From positions 26,352,001 through 26,416,000 of the forward strand of contig CM059432.1 in assembly GCA_030390025.1 (NCBI GenBank): a DNA stretch of 64,000 nt, written 5' to 3'. The stretch is from Squalus acanthias (taxonomy: Eukaryota). The position numbers were made by a program, and so were the translations under genes. Positions 33,776-45,814 of this stretch are shown here, one piece after another (the first letter of the stretch is position 1; the number at the start of each line of letters is the position of its first letter). The notes beneath the pieces are model-generated. The model had not been told where the DNA came from, did no database searches, and saw nothing but the letters and a program-made list of their open reading frames with translations.

Positions 33776-35655
33776 ATGATGGCAGATCCACGCCCCAGGG
33801 AGAGAGCCCGCAGATTCTGTGAACTTGCATCGGAGGCGTTGGTGATCGCAGTGGAAAGATGGATGGCGGTGCTCTACCCGACAAGTGACAGGGGGCCCAC
33901 GCCGTAAGACTTCCGCACCATGTGGAGGGAGGTAGCCCAGCATGTCTCGGACAGCACTGTGGTCCACAGGACCCACACACAGTGCAGGAAGAAATTTAAC
34001 GATCTCACTCGGATGGTCAGGGTGAGTCAATGCTTCAACAAATGCTGCATACCACCATCTGAACCACAGTCTACACACACTGCACAAAGCACCACACCCC
34101 CAGCACTCACCCACCAATAATCTCTACCTACCAACACTCACACCCACATCTCACACCTTGCACACAATGACAGCTATTCAACTATGGCAGGCACATCACT
34201 CAAATACATTGCTCCACACTCACTCACACACTTTCCTTTCTCTTGCAGGCCAAGGTGGCTCACAACAGGAGGAGCAGGAGCGCACAGGCGGGGGACAAGC
34301 TGGCACCCAACCACTGTCTGAACTAGAGACTCGAGTGCTGCAGATTATTGGGCGCCAGGTATTGGGTGCCGTGGCCACTGGCAACGTTGACCCCCTTGGG
34401 GACAACAATGGTATGTTCATCCCTACTCCTTCTTCTCACATCCCACTTCCCCCTCACCCCACAAGCCTTTCGCACTTGCCAGCTAATCATGCTGTATGCA
34501 TGCATTTCTCCCTTCCTGCCCCCCTCCCCTCACCTTAACCCAAATCTTGTGCCTTTATGCTTTCAGATAATGAGCAAGCACCTGAGCAGCCTGTCCCTGA
34601 GGGCACTGTAGAGAGTGAGGTGAGAGAAGAGGAGGAGGAAGAACAGACCGCATCACTGCATGTCTCACCCGCAGGCACCAGCTCAGATATTGGCACTATG
34701 CGTTCTTTAGATGCTAGTATAGTAGCGGGATCTGCACAGGGTGATGCACCGGGGACGAGCAGGCTGCAGCAAGGCCAGGGGGAAAGGGTAGCCCAGGAGC
34801 CAGCTCCCCAGAGGGCGAGTTCACGCACGAGTTCTGCTGCACAGGACTCAGATGAGGAGCTCAATGGGGAGGTGTTTAGAAGAAGAGTGATGGGCGTGCA
34901 CACGGAGATGACAGGTGCAATGGGAAGGGTGCCCAAGAGCCTCTCGGCAATGGTAAGGAGCGTGGAGGAGTCCACCTGCAACATTGCACAGAGCTCTGCG
35001 CACACCATGGAGACCATCATTTCCAGTCTGCAAAGGATGTTAGATTCCCAGACAGACTGTAGCGACCCAGACCTGATGCCGCATGTGATGGGCGATCTGG
35101 CATCTTCCATTGCAGCACATGCATAAGCAACGCAACGTCTTAGTGCTGTAATGCAGTCTATGCTTGGTGGCATCCAATCTCAGACTGCTCTCATGCAGTC
35201 TCAACTTGAAACAACACAAGCTCTGACTGTTGCCACCGTTGACCGGGGTTTTCAGCAGGCCAGCAATCTGTGCTCCAACAGATTAGTAGTGATGCTGAGG
35301 TGCTGCCCACGGGGAGTGGCAGTGGGTCAGTGGAGCAGGAAGCTGCAGTCCTCTCTCAGGATGACAGAATTTCTGCTCCCACCACTGCCACTCTGCCATT
35401 GCCCTTGTGCTGCCTGACATCCAGCCAGCCCAGACTGCTGCCGCCCATGCTGAGGTGGTACAGTCGACAGCCGGGACTTCCAGGCCCAGAGCTGGTCAAG
35501 GGCGTCCTCCAAGGCCATCTGAAGTCTCCCACACGGACACTCAGCAGCCTTCCACCAGCCGTGCTGCAACCACTGGGCCAATACTTTGTAGGAGCACTAG
35601 AGTAGGCAAAGGCACAGTAACGACAGGCACTAAGGGATTGCACAAGGGTGAATAG
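33776..35655 (+). pseudogene. Myb/SANT-like gene of Harbinger B copy 2, three exons, with stops and frameshifts
   Basis: MADPRPRERARRF..; WREVAQ..RTHTQCRKKFNDL; donor near 34022, acceptor near 34248, donor 34411, acceptor 34567. Confidence 0.85.
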
Positions 35656-35820
35656 GTAATATTGTTGTTGTAAATATGTGTTCACTGATTATTGATAAAT
35701 GTATTCATTCAGTTTGGAATATTTTGTGGTGTGTCTCATTTCAGCTTTGCGCTGTGATATGGCCTGCGACAGGGATGGCATGATGGGGATGTGGTGAGCA
35801 ACGCGGATCTGGGGTTTAAT

Positions 35821-37004
35821 TTATTGGAACCGCAGTCTGATGAGGTGGTCATGGACCGCCCTTCCGGAAGGCCGATTGAGTGGCTGCCTCCTCCCTCGCT
35901 CCTGTTCCTCCTCCTCCTCATCTTCCTCTTCCTCCTCATCCTCCTCCTCATCTCCCTCTTCCTCCTCTGAGGTGGTCCCGCAATCCCTGGTGGGAAGGGC
36001 TGGGCCCTCATGATGGCCAAGTTGTGGAGCATGCAGCAGACCACCACAAAATGGGACACCCGCTCAGCCGAGTACTGGAGGGCTCATCCCGAGCAGTCAT
36101 GGTAGCGGAACCATTGCTTGAGCACCCCGATGGTCTGCTCGTTGATGTTTCTGGTGGCGGCATGGCTTTCATTATATGAGTGCTGGGCAGGAGTGTTGGG
36201 GTTGTGGAGGGGAGTCATGAGCCAGGTGTTGAGCGGATAAACCTTGTCTCCGACCAGCCAGCCATGAGCCTGACGTGGTGGCTGGAAGAGTGCTGACATA
36301 CTAGTCTGGCGCAGGATGAAGGCATCGTGCCTGCTGCCAGGATAGTGGGCATTTACATTGAGGATTAGCTGTCTGTGGTCGCACACCAACTGCACATTAA
36401 GTGAGTGGTAGCCTTTGCGGTTACGGAAGATCTCAGGATTGTTATGCGGTGCCCACAAAGCCACGTGGGTGCAGTCAATGGTGCCCTGCACCATGGGGAA
36501 TCCCACTATCCTGCCAAAACCACATGCACGTTCTTCCCACTTCTCTCTAATGATGGGGAAGGAAATGTAATCCCTTCTCCTACTGTAGAAAGCCTCTGTG
36601 ACCTCCCGGATGCAGCAATGGACGGCGAACCGCGAGATGTTAGCTATATCTCCTGTTGCAGATTGGAAGGATCTGCTGGCGATGAAATTGAGGGCGACGG
36701 TGACCTTGACTGCCACTGAGAGAGCCGTGGTCGCCCTGATCTGAGGCTCGCGGTATGGTTGCAGGAGGTGGAAGAGTTCTGTGACCACCTCCTTGGTGAA
36801 GCAGAGCCTTCTAATACACTGCTCCTTGCTTAACTGGAGGTAGGAGAAGTGCTCTCAGAATACCCTCGGAGCTTAAGGCCTCCTGTTGAGAGCCCAGATG
36901 GCCCTTCTCCTTCCTCTGGCCACATGTTCCAATCTTTCTTGCTGCCTCCGCTCCCTCCGTCATAGATCCTGGAGGGTGAGGTCGACTGCCAATACAGCCC
37001 ACAT
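35821..37004 (-). pseudogene. Harbinger transposase pseudogene (family B copy 2)
   Basis: GTIDCTH, GDKVY, NEQTIGVLK and CCMLHN motifs; stops and frameshifts. Confidence 0.9.
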
Positions 37005-37419
37005 TAATGTAACCAAGTGTAGCACTTTGATATGTTTTGAGAATAAATGTAACTAATTGTTAGTAGCCACAACACTCCTGATACTAAACAACCTTTAAAT
37101 GACTGTGCAACAGTTTATTTCAATGTCAAACTGACAAGGAAGCAGTGAAACAGTACTAATCTGACAGCTGTGACTCGTTACTCATGATCCCTTTAATTAG
37201 CACCCCTGGAGCCGGCATCCACCTGCTTGATGTCTCCTCTCCCTGTCGCTGTCGGGGCGAGGCACTAAGAAAGGGGGCAACAATATATTTTGCAGATAGG
37301 GCACCCAGTGAGCGTTGCATGCTCACTGGTGTCACGATCTGCCTGGCGCTGAGGTCCCCAGCGGTAACTCGTAGCAGTGGTGCTATGGGAGGGTGGGTGT
37401 CGGATTTGGCGTGTATCGC

Positions 37420-37736
37420 AAGCTCCCACAAATAGCAATGTGATAATGACCAGATAATCTGTTTTTGTGATGTTGATTGAGGGATAAATATTGGCCAGGA
37501 CACCGGGGAAAACTCTCCTGCATTTTTTCAAAATAGTGCCATGGGATGTTTTACGTCCAACTGAGAGAGCAGACGGGACCTCAGTTTAACATCTCATCTG
37601 AAAGACGGCACCTCCAACTGCCTCATTACTGCACTGGAGTGTCAGCCTAGATTTTTGTGCTCAAGTCAATGAAGTAGGACTTAAACCCACAACCGTATGT
37701 CTCAGAGGCAAGAGTGCTACCATCTGAGCCACGGCT
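37420..37736 (-). mobile_element. Deu-domain SINE (SacSINE1/AmnSINE1-like)
   Basis: Minus strand has a tRNA-like head (GTGGCTCAGATGGTAGCAC) and a Deu-type core (CCCATGGCACTATTT..GGTGTCCTGGCCAATATTT). Confidence 0.75.
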
Positions 37737-38697
37737 ATTAAAAAAATTATAAAAGCACAAAAGTATGTTAAAATTAATGATAATTCTTTATAAACGATTG
37801 ATTATTCCGAAGGTGTACCAATGTTCACAGTAGTATTTTATGCAATAAAATGGAGGAGTGAACCAGCAAAAGTTGATGAATCCTAATATTAAATATTTGA
37901 TGGAGTAATGGATCTAAACACTTGTACAAAGGCTTCAGTCAATAAACCGTATCTACAAAGTGAATAAGAATTGAATTCCAGGAACTTCAAGCTCCTGTTA
38001 TTGACCTCCAAACAGTATAAATACAGCTACCACATCACTTTGCTATTGATTTCATTTTCTGCACTATGGATCTTACCTCCTTGGGGTCTTAATATCTACA
38101 TTACAATGGAGTGGAAGAAGTCAACCACTTTGCTCCCTTTTCTCATCCAACCCATGGCAGAGTGTTCTATTGCACACTAATCTTTCTTGGATCATATGGA
38201 CACCCAAATCACGAGGGTCATTAAAAAAGTTGCATTGCTGCATCTCTGTCATGAGTTCACAGGGTGGTTTTAGTCCATCGCCGCCACAGGTCATACATCC
38301 TTTGCTCGATACCTCAGCCAGACAAGCTTGCAGTACTGCAAGGCACTGTTGATGATTGACTGGCTCACTGAGCATGGAGGAGTAGGCCTATCACTTGGCA
38401 GTGAGGGATGTTTCCCACAAGGCTCCAGATACCTCTGCAAGCCAATGGCCTGGCAGGTAGATTGGTTCTGGCTGGTAAACAATGGGAAGCTTATCAATGC
38501 TCTGTGCTGGTAGGCCACTTGGCTTTAGTTGGTTAAAGTCCAGTGGTATGGTGTACCGGTAAACTGTCTGAACTTAGGTAAGTTAAATATGTCCTTACAG
38601 GTAGAGTATGCACTAAATATTGTCGATTTCTCAGTAGCTTGGTTTGAAAAGTCTTCAAACATTGTGATGGGTTTCCATACAGGCTGACCAAAAAAAT

Positions 38698-39468
38698 ATT
38701 GGCCCAGAAATTAAACATCGATGGTTCCCGCGGGGGTAAGGATTCCCCGCGATATCGCACTCCGCGCCTACCTTTTTGTTTGGGGCCCACACGAACTTTA
38801 GTTTCAGAGCCTCTCCCTGTTGCAACCGTGCAGTGCTTGCGTGTCCCAGAGGCGCAATTAGTTCGTGCAAGCTCTGGGATCACGTGATTCAGTTAGAGCC
38901 AATGGCAGCACACCATCTTTCATTCATAGTTTTGACAGCAAGGGCTGTCAAAGCTATGAATACTACAGGCCCCCAAAAGAACAGCTAAACCTCAATTAAA
39001 TTTAAAAAAAAGCCATCACATTAATAAAATAAGTATAGTTAAATAAATTAACCACTTTAAACAAAAAATTAAATTTTTGAAAAAATTTAAAATCTTTTTA
39101 AAAGTTATAAAAATAAACTTACCTTTCTTTTAAAGTCTCTAAAAAAGATAAAGCTGTTGAAAATTTTTTTAAATAACACTTAATTAACTACTTACCTTGT
39201 TAAAAGGGGGTCCTACGCCTGCTTTCTTTATGTGTAAAATCTTCACCACTTACCTGCGCATTCAAACCTGAAAAAAAAACTAAGTGCACTGCGTGCGCAC
39301 AACCTGTAGCGCGCACGCGGTTCACTTAGGAACCGCCCCCTTTGCAATACATGAAGTACCGGTTTCCCGCGCATGCACAGTGCATGCAGGAAACCGGCAA
39401 TTCGGGACCTAATACGCGAGAGTACACAGTGCGTACTCTCGCGTATTAGGTTTAATTTTCGGGCCAAT
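38698..39468. mobile_element. Non-autonomous TIR element (Harbinger-like MITE, 771 bp)
   Basis: Left ATTGGCCCAGAAATTAAAC, right GTTTAATTTTCGGGCCAAT; AAT on both flanks; AT-rich centre and several hairpins. Confidence 0.75.
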
Positions 39469-39704
39469 AATGCTTGATCCATGTAATGGATATTGTAGCA
39501 TTACACTGCGTGGTCACTGATTTATTTCAGACATCAGGTCAAAATGGTGGGGAGATTTTCCACTCGTGCATTCCCTGTGGAAACTGGAAGCACATATTCT
39601 TGGTTGAAGAATCATTGGCTGCGGGTGCTATTTCCTGATATGTGCTCTCAGCATGTGCTGGGAGTACCCAAATGGTAAATAACCCCTTTAATGGAAGAAA
39701 AAAA

Positions 39705-40120
39705 TGAACTAGCATTTATAAAACGTCTTTCATGTCCTCAGGATGTCCCAAAGTGCTTCACAGTCAATTAAATACTTCTAAAGTGTAGTCACTGTTGTAA
39801 TGTGTAGGAAATGTGGCGGCTAATTTGCACACACTAATGAGATAAATGACCAGTTAATCTGTTTTGGTGGTGTTGGCTGGGGGATATATGTTGGCCAGAA
39901 CATCGGGAGAATTTTCTTGCTCTTCTCTGAATAGAGCCATGAAATCGTTTATGTCCACCTGAGAGGGCAGACGAGGCCTCGGTTTAACATCTCATCCAAA
40001 AGATGCCATTTCCAACAGTGCAGCACTCCCTCAGTACTGCACTGATACGTCAGACTTAATTAAGCGCTATGAACTCATGACTTTCTGACTCAAGGGTTGA
40101 GAGTGCTAACACTGAGCCAA
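39705..40120 (-). mobile_element. Deu-domain SINE, near full length
   Basis: Same core and tail as the copies at 37420 and 60735. Confidence 0.7.
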
Positions 40121-40859
40121 CAGCACTCCTGGCTGTTCTGGTGCTGGAGCAGCTGTCTTGCTACAGTACCAGCAGAATTCTCTCTTCTGTTGATCAAGCT
40201 CCCTCTCAGTGGTGATGATCCCGCTGGGAGCCCGCCCTGTCAAGGAGATGATTTTGCTGTGGTAATGGAGCAGCTGGAACACCACTGCTGGGAGGAGAAA
40301 CCTGGCCTCACCGTGCTGCTTGATTATTTTCAAGAAGGAAATTAAGGGTACATTTTTGCTTGGAACTGCAGCATGGAACTGCACCCTTCTGGAGTGCAAA
40401 TTGGGGAATTGGACATCTGCAGCCAGTTATTTTCCATCCAATCATAGACTACGGATGCACAATTTCCTGATACATGCTCTCGGCAAGCACACTTTCGTGC
40501 CAGGAATGCTCAAGTGGAAAATTCCCCATTTAGTGTTCCTTAAAGTAGAGCATCAACAGATAGTGATTGCAGGGAAGTCAATATGGACTTGGAATGGCAC
40601 AGGCTTAAATGGCGTTTTCTTGCTGCAGACTTTCTTATGTTCTTCAGTAATGATGCCATATGCAGGTGATTTGTAACACCAAATATAGGATGACTCCCCG
40701 GCTAATTTCACCTGTAACAGGATTTTTGTTATTAAAAAGCCTACGTAAAGAGCCAAAGTTCATTGTTAAACTTTAGTTATTCCTTTATATTCTCCTCTCC
40801 TGGTTCAACTAATTTACTTCAGTTAGATAAGGGAAACTTTTTTAAATTCAAAATGGCTG

Positions 40860-42590
40860 AAAGAAGTTATGAGACATGAAGGGGGCGATTTTCCCAGCCC
40901 TGGGGAGGCGGGTTTGAAGGCGGGACTGCTGGGAAAATGGCAGAATCTGGGAGCGGGTACCCATCCTGCCCCCAACCCGCCTCCGTGCCATCTTCCCGGG
41001 AGGCGGGTACCCGATCCACACCGGGTCCCGTCTCCTCGAGGCGGGAAGGGGATTACAGCCACTTAACTGCCTGTTAACAGGTAGTTAACAGGCAGTTAAG
41101 AGGATTATCCCCATTTTTCCAACAGAAGTGCGGGCTTCCCGATGTCAGGAAACCCCGCCCAGGTCAGCGAGGCGAGCAGTGGGTCTGCGGGGGTCGGAGG
41201 GGCCGAAAAGTGCGCTGTGGAGGTGAGTGATGGGTGCAAGTGTGGAGAGGTAAGTATGTGAGGTGAGTGAAAAGTGTTAGAAAAAGTTTCCTTACCTTTG
41301 TTTCTTCCTGCAGGCTTCAATCGTTGGGGATCCGGAGGCTCCGGCATCTCCACAGAAGAGATGACAGAATGGCTGCTGCATTCTCCGATGCAACAGCCAT
41401 CTGCTTTCTGCTCAGGAAAAAGGTTTGGTGAGTTTTACAAGAACTCACCAAACAACAGAAAATGTCAGTGTTTGACAGCTTCTCAAAGCTGACAATTAAG
41501 GGAAAGCTGGTGACAGATGAAACGTTATACGCTGACGTTCTCTGTCACCAGCTTTCCCTTAATTGGCCTGCTAAACCCGCAGGGCGGGCTTAACAAGGTC
41601 AATGAAGGGAAAATAGCGTGGGTTGGCCAGACGTCGATAGAGGCGGGACTGAAACCTGACAAGCAGCAGTCCCACCTCCAACGCGCCTCCATTGATAAAA
41701 TTCCCCCCGAAGAGTCTGCAAAGGGATATAGGTAGACTATGTGAGTGGGCAGTAAGGTGGCAGATGGAGTATAATTTAGGGAAATGTGAGGTTATTCACC
41801 TTGGTAGGAAGAATAGAAAAACAGAATATTTTTTAAATGGTGAGAAACTTTCAAGTGTTGGCGTTCAGAGAGATTTGGGTGTCCTCATGCAAGAAAAAAA
41901 GAAAGCTAGCATGCAAGGTACAGCAAGCAATAAGGAAGGCAAATCGTATGTTGGCCTTTATTGCAAGGGGGTTGGAGTATAAGAGTAAGGAAGTCTTGCT
42001 ACAATTGCACAGGGCCTTGGTGAGACCACACCTGGAGTACTGTGCACAGTTTTGGTTTCCTTATCTAAGGAAGGATATAATTGCCTTGGAGGCAGTGCAA
42101 CGAAGGTTCACTAGATTGATTCCTGGGATGAGAGGGCTGTCCTATGATGAGAGATTGTATAGAATGGGCCTATATTCTCTGGAGTTTAGAAGAATGAGAG
42201 GTGATCTCATTGAAACATACAAGATTCTGAGGGGATTGACAGGGTAGATGCTGAGAGGTTGTTTCCCCTGGCTGGAGTGTCTAGAACTAGGGGGCATAGT
42301 CTCAGGATAAGGGGTAGGCCATTTAAGACTGAGATGAGGAATTTCTTCACTCAGTGGGTTGTGAATCTTTGGAATTCTCTGCCCCAGAGGGCTGTGCATG
42401 CTGAGTCTTTGAGTATATTCAAGGCTGAGATAGATTTTTGGAATCTAGGAGATTCAAGGGATATGGAGATCGGGCGGGAAAGTGGAGTTGAGGTCGATGA
42501 TCAGCCATGATCTTATTGAATGGTGGTGCAGGCTCGAGGGGCCGTATGGCCTATTCCTGCTCCTATTTCTTATGTTTGTATGTTCTTATG
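40860..42590 (+). mobile_element. 5'-truncated CR1 (RT C-terminus and 3' UTR) with a MITE inserted near its 5' end
   Basis: KSLQRDIGRL..WQMEYN..RPHLEYC; tail TTCTTATG ending at 42590. Confidence 0.9.
40881..41708. mobile_element. Non-autonomous Harbinger-type MITE of a distinct family (828 bp)
   Basis: TIRs GGGGGCGATTTT / AAAATTCCCCCC; TSD GAA at 40878-40880 and 41709-41711. Confidence 0.85.
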
Positions 42591-43749
42591 AAATTGTACC
42601 TCTGTAGTTGTATGAAGTATATTAATTTTGTTTCACAACAAAGTTTTATTTGATTGAGTTTGACTGTTTATGGGGCTACAATGATGCATTCTGAGAGATT
42701 GGACATAAATGGTACTAAGTGAAGGAGGACAAAGGTTAGGAGAAATTTCTTTACACAGAGGGTAATCATAATAGACTGGATAAGTAGGACTTGGTCTATG
42801 AGGAAAAAATCAGGATCTAGCCATGAGAGAATTAAAAAACCCAAAACATTTTTATCAGAGGTCTACTGTTCCCAAGGTAACAGAGAGTTCAAAAGTAAGA
42901 AAGGTCAACTTCCCTTTATTCCTGGACGAACAAAGTTGGATGCTGATAGGCTGCAGATCGATATGGATGAACTGACTTACAAGCTTAGAGACCTGCAAAG
43001 GTCCAGTGAATTGAAGATATCCTCAGCAGAATTTTCCAGAGCTTATTAGACTTAAGTTCAGGCAGCTAGAGAGTTATCAGTTTTGCAACATCTGTCTCCT
43101 TTCCTGTACTCTCATTTTTGCTGAAACCCTTCACATGTTTATATATCTGCCTCGAAGAACTGGGCTTTCCTTCTTAGGATATGCTGCAGGTGATCAAAAG
43201 GGATTAGACATGAAAGTGTTTGTGAATCTGAGGTGAGAAATAAAATCAGGCGACCTGGACTATTTCTCAGAAATAGACACATCATATGGAACTAAATCCT
43301 TTAAAGTAGCTTTTATGTGGTATTTAGTAGGTTGCCTCATCTGTTAAATAGGATTAATAGTCAAGTACTGTGGTAAGGTTTTGCTTATATTGTTAATGCA
43401 TTTTCCGTTGCTTCCCCACTTTAAAAGTTGTTTGTTGGAATACAAGTTCCTTTATGTCGTATTTGTAACACATTGGTTAACTTATTTATTTTAACCAGGT
43501 TAAAGGCACAGTAAAATTACCAAAAAGCATTTTACCTGAACACATTAATTAAAAATGGCATGCATCTTCTTCCCCTTTAAGCTTTTGCAGGTCTCCCAAT
43601 TATATATATTCTTTCCCAATCAAGAGATGAGAGGACTGGCTGTCTATATCTCCCAATGTCATTCTCTTTTTTTCCTTATTAACTGCCATTTACTCCTTTC
43701 CTCTTAGTTCCACAGATGTTGCAAGCCTTCCAATATCTCATCAACAGCT

Positions 43750-44050
43750 CATTCTTTGTGTGTGAGCCTAGCATTTAGTACTGGCAGGCTATTCAACCAT
43801 GGAGGCACACTGCATCTTAGCCCGACCCTATGCTTCCCCATTATGTATACAAACACAACAGCATGAATCAATGGATAGCAATCAATAGCAGGAAACCTAA
43901 TTGATTGTGTTCCCTTCCCAGAAATCAACCTTAGTGTCCTTAACTTCTGGTTGAGATCAGATAACTCAGCACGTGATCGAACCTGGGGTCTCTCTGGTCT
44001 GCAGGACTCAACGCAACTGGGCAGTGCATGCACCCACCAAGCCATTGGGA
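43750..44050 (-). repeat. Old SINE-like repeat (same family as 26285 and 62690)
   Basis: Minus strand GGTTCGATCACGTGCTGAGTTATCTGATCTCAACC..TTGAATAGCCTGCC. Confidence 0.5.
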
Positions 44051-44769
44051 CACTCCCCAGTGATACGCTTTGAATAGCTAATACAAGATTCCTTGAGAAC
44101 AGGTTGACTCGTGCTCTGGGTTTTCCCATCCTGGACCGCCTGTGCTCACTGCCTGTCTCACAGCTGGAGCCAGAAACTCAGCATGAAGCAAATCAATGGG
44201 ACAAATCCACATTCAGCACTGCGATTTTTTTCAGGTGTTATCTGAAGGAAAACATCCTTTCCATGTTGAAAGCTGAGAAGAGTATTTCAACACTGACTAT
44301 ATATTTTAAACATTAAATCTAACTTGACTCTTAAAAGACCATATCCTTTCAATTTTTTTTTGACACTTACACCTCACAACATTGGCCCCTATGACCTGAC
44401 AAGGTATTGACTGGAACTCTTCACAGCATGCTGATGTGAAATTGTGATTGAATTTGAGAATTTCAATGTCATTTTTAATGTGGATTCTGTAATACCAGGT
44501 ACTGTGATTACAACATCAAAGGACAGGGCACTCTTTATGCAAATTAGGGCAAAGGTGCCTAATGAGAAAAGAAAGTAACTTGTATTCATATTATGCATTG
44601 TCATATCCACACAATTTCTCAAATTAGTTTATAAGTAATGCATTGCTTTAGAAGCGATAGCACTGTTATGCAAGCAAACACAGCAGCTGCACCAATGATT
44701 TGTATAGGTTTAGTATTACTTCTGTGCTTTTGAACTCTGTACCCCCGTTTGTAAAATTTAGGATCCTAT

Positions 44770-45433
44770 AGGGGAAAAATTTGGTGCTACTCTTAGCGCC
44801 CCGAAAAAGTTAGCACCCCAGCGCCCGAAATTCAATGGTAACGCCCCAAGTAGGAGGCAGGGCGTTACTGGAAGCACTTGGGGCACTCCCAGTGAATATC
44901 GCGGTGCTACGTGCAGTAGCGGTACTGCAGGCCTCCCTCCCCTGATTAAAGGGGCGGGGCCTAGCGCTGCGAGCACCGGGGCCCTGCCGGACCACCGGGG
45001 AGCGGGGTGCCGGCAAAAGAGCCCGGCACTCAAGAGGAGTGCCCGGCTGACCGATCGCGGCCGGCACCCCGCAGGGGGCGGCGAGAGGGGGCAGGTGCTG
45101 GCAGGCGGCCCCAAAAAAATGGCCGCCCAGCACCTGCCCTTTAATTATCTGCCTCAGCCACAAAAACGCCCCCCTGACCCTGTTGGACATAGCGTCTGGC
45201 GGTAGGCCAGGGGGCGTAAGCCAAGTTTGCGGCCGGGGCGCAAGCGGGGCGCTGCGCACGGTGATGACATCATCGCCGGAGGCGCAGCACTGCAGGGCGC
45301 TACCGGCTACTGCCGCCGCTAACCTCCTGCTGAATTTCGTGGGAGGTGTTAGCGGCGCTGCGACTGGGCGCTAGGTGCTTTGCGCCCCATAGGGGCGCTA
45401 ACAGGAGGCGCAAAGCAACCAAATTTTTCCCCC
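44770..45433. mobile_element. Non-autonomous Harbinger MITE (664 bp, GC/CpG-rich)
   Basis: TIRs AGGGGAAAAATT / AATTTTTCCCCC; TSD TAT. Confidence 0.88.
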
Positions 45434-45814
45434 TATATGTTTTTCTGCAGCTCTTTCAACTTGTCCTCCCACTTTTAAAGGGTTGTGTATTGGAACTCCT
45501 AAGCTTCTCTTCTCCTGTATTCCATTTATTATTTTACTATTTAATGTATGTCTCCTCTCCTTATTCTTTACCCCCAAAATAATATCACCTCACATTTCTC
45601 CACACTAAATCTATCTGCCTAATATACTTTCCTGTCTATGTCCTCCTGAAGTCATTTAGAGTCCTCTTCGCAGTTTGCTGTGCTACCTATATTTGTGCCA
45701 TATGGGCTTGTTGAACAGCAATCAGCAGCAGGAAACCTGTTTAATTTTTGTTCACCTCCCTAGACCAGGGACACTGAGGCCAAATGTAGCACCCCTATTG
45801 ATGCCCCGTGATAC

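Larger units (their letters stand above)
33420..37412 (-). mobile_element. Harbinger family B copy 2, decayed; transposase-side terminus lost
   Basis: End GAGGAAGAAATTCATT matches the 12451 end of copy 1; the other end stops about 90 bp short of the terminus at a Deu-SINE. Confidence 0.9.

Noticed and set aside
38390..38570. 58-codon minus-strand frame (TVYRYTIPLDF...) as a terminal exon
   Set aside because: Weak acceptor, no recognisable domain, and a length within chance expectation.
39376..39431. CACAGTG motifs as V(D)J recombination signal sequences
   Set aside because: No ACAAAAACC-like nonamer at 12 or 23 nt and no adjacent V, D or J segment; they sit at hairpin centres in a MITE.
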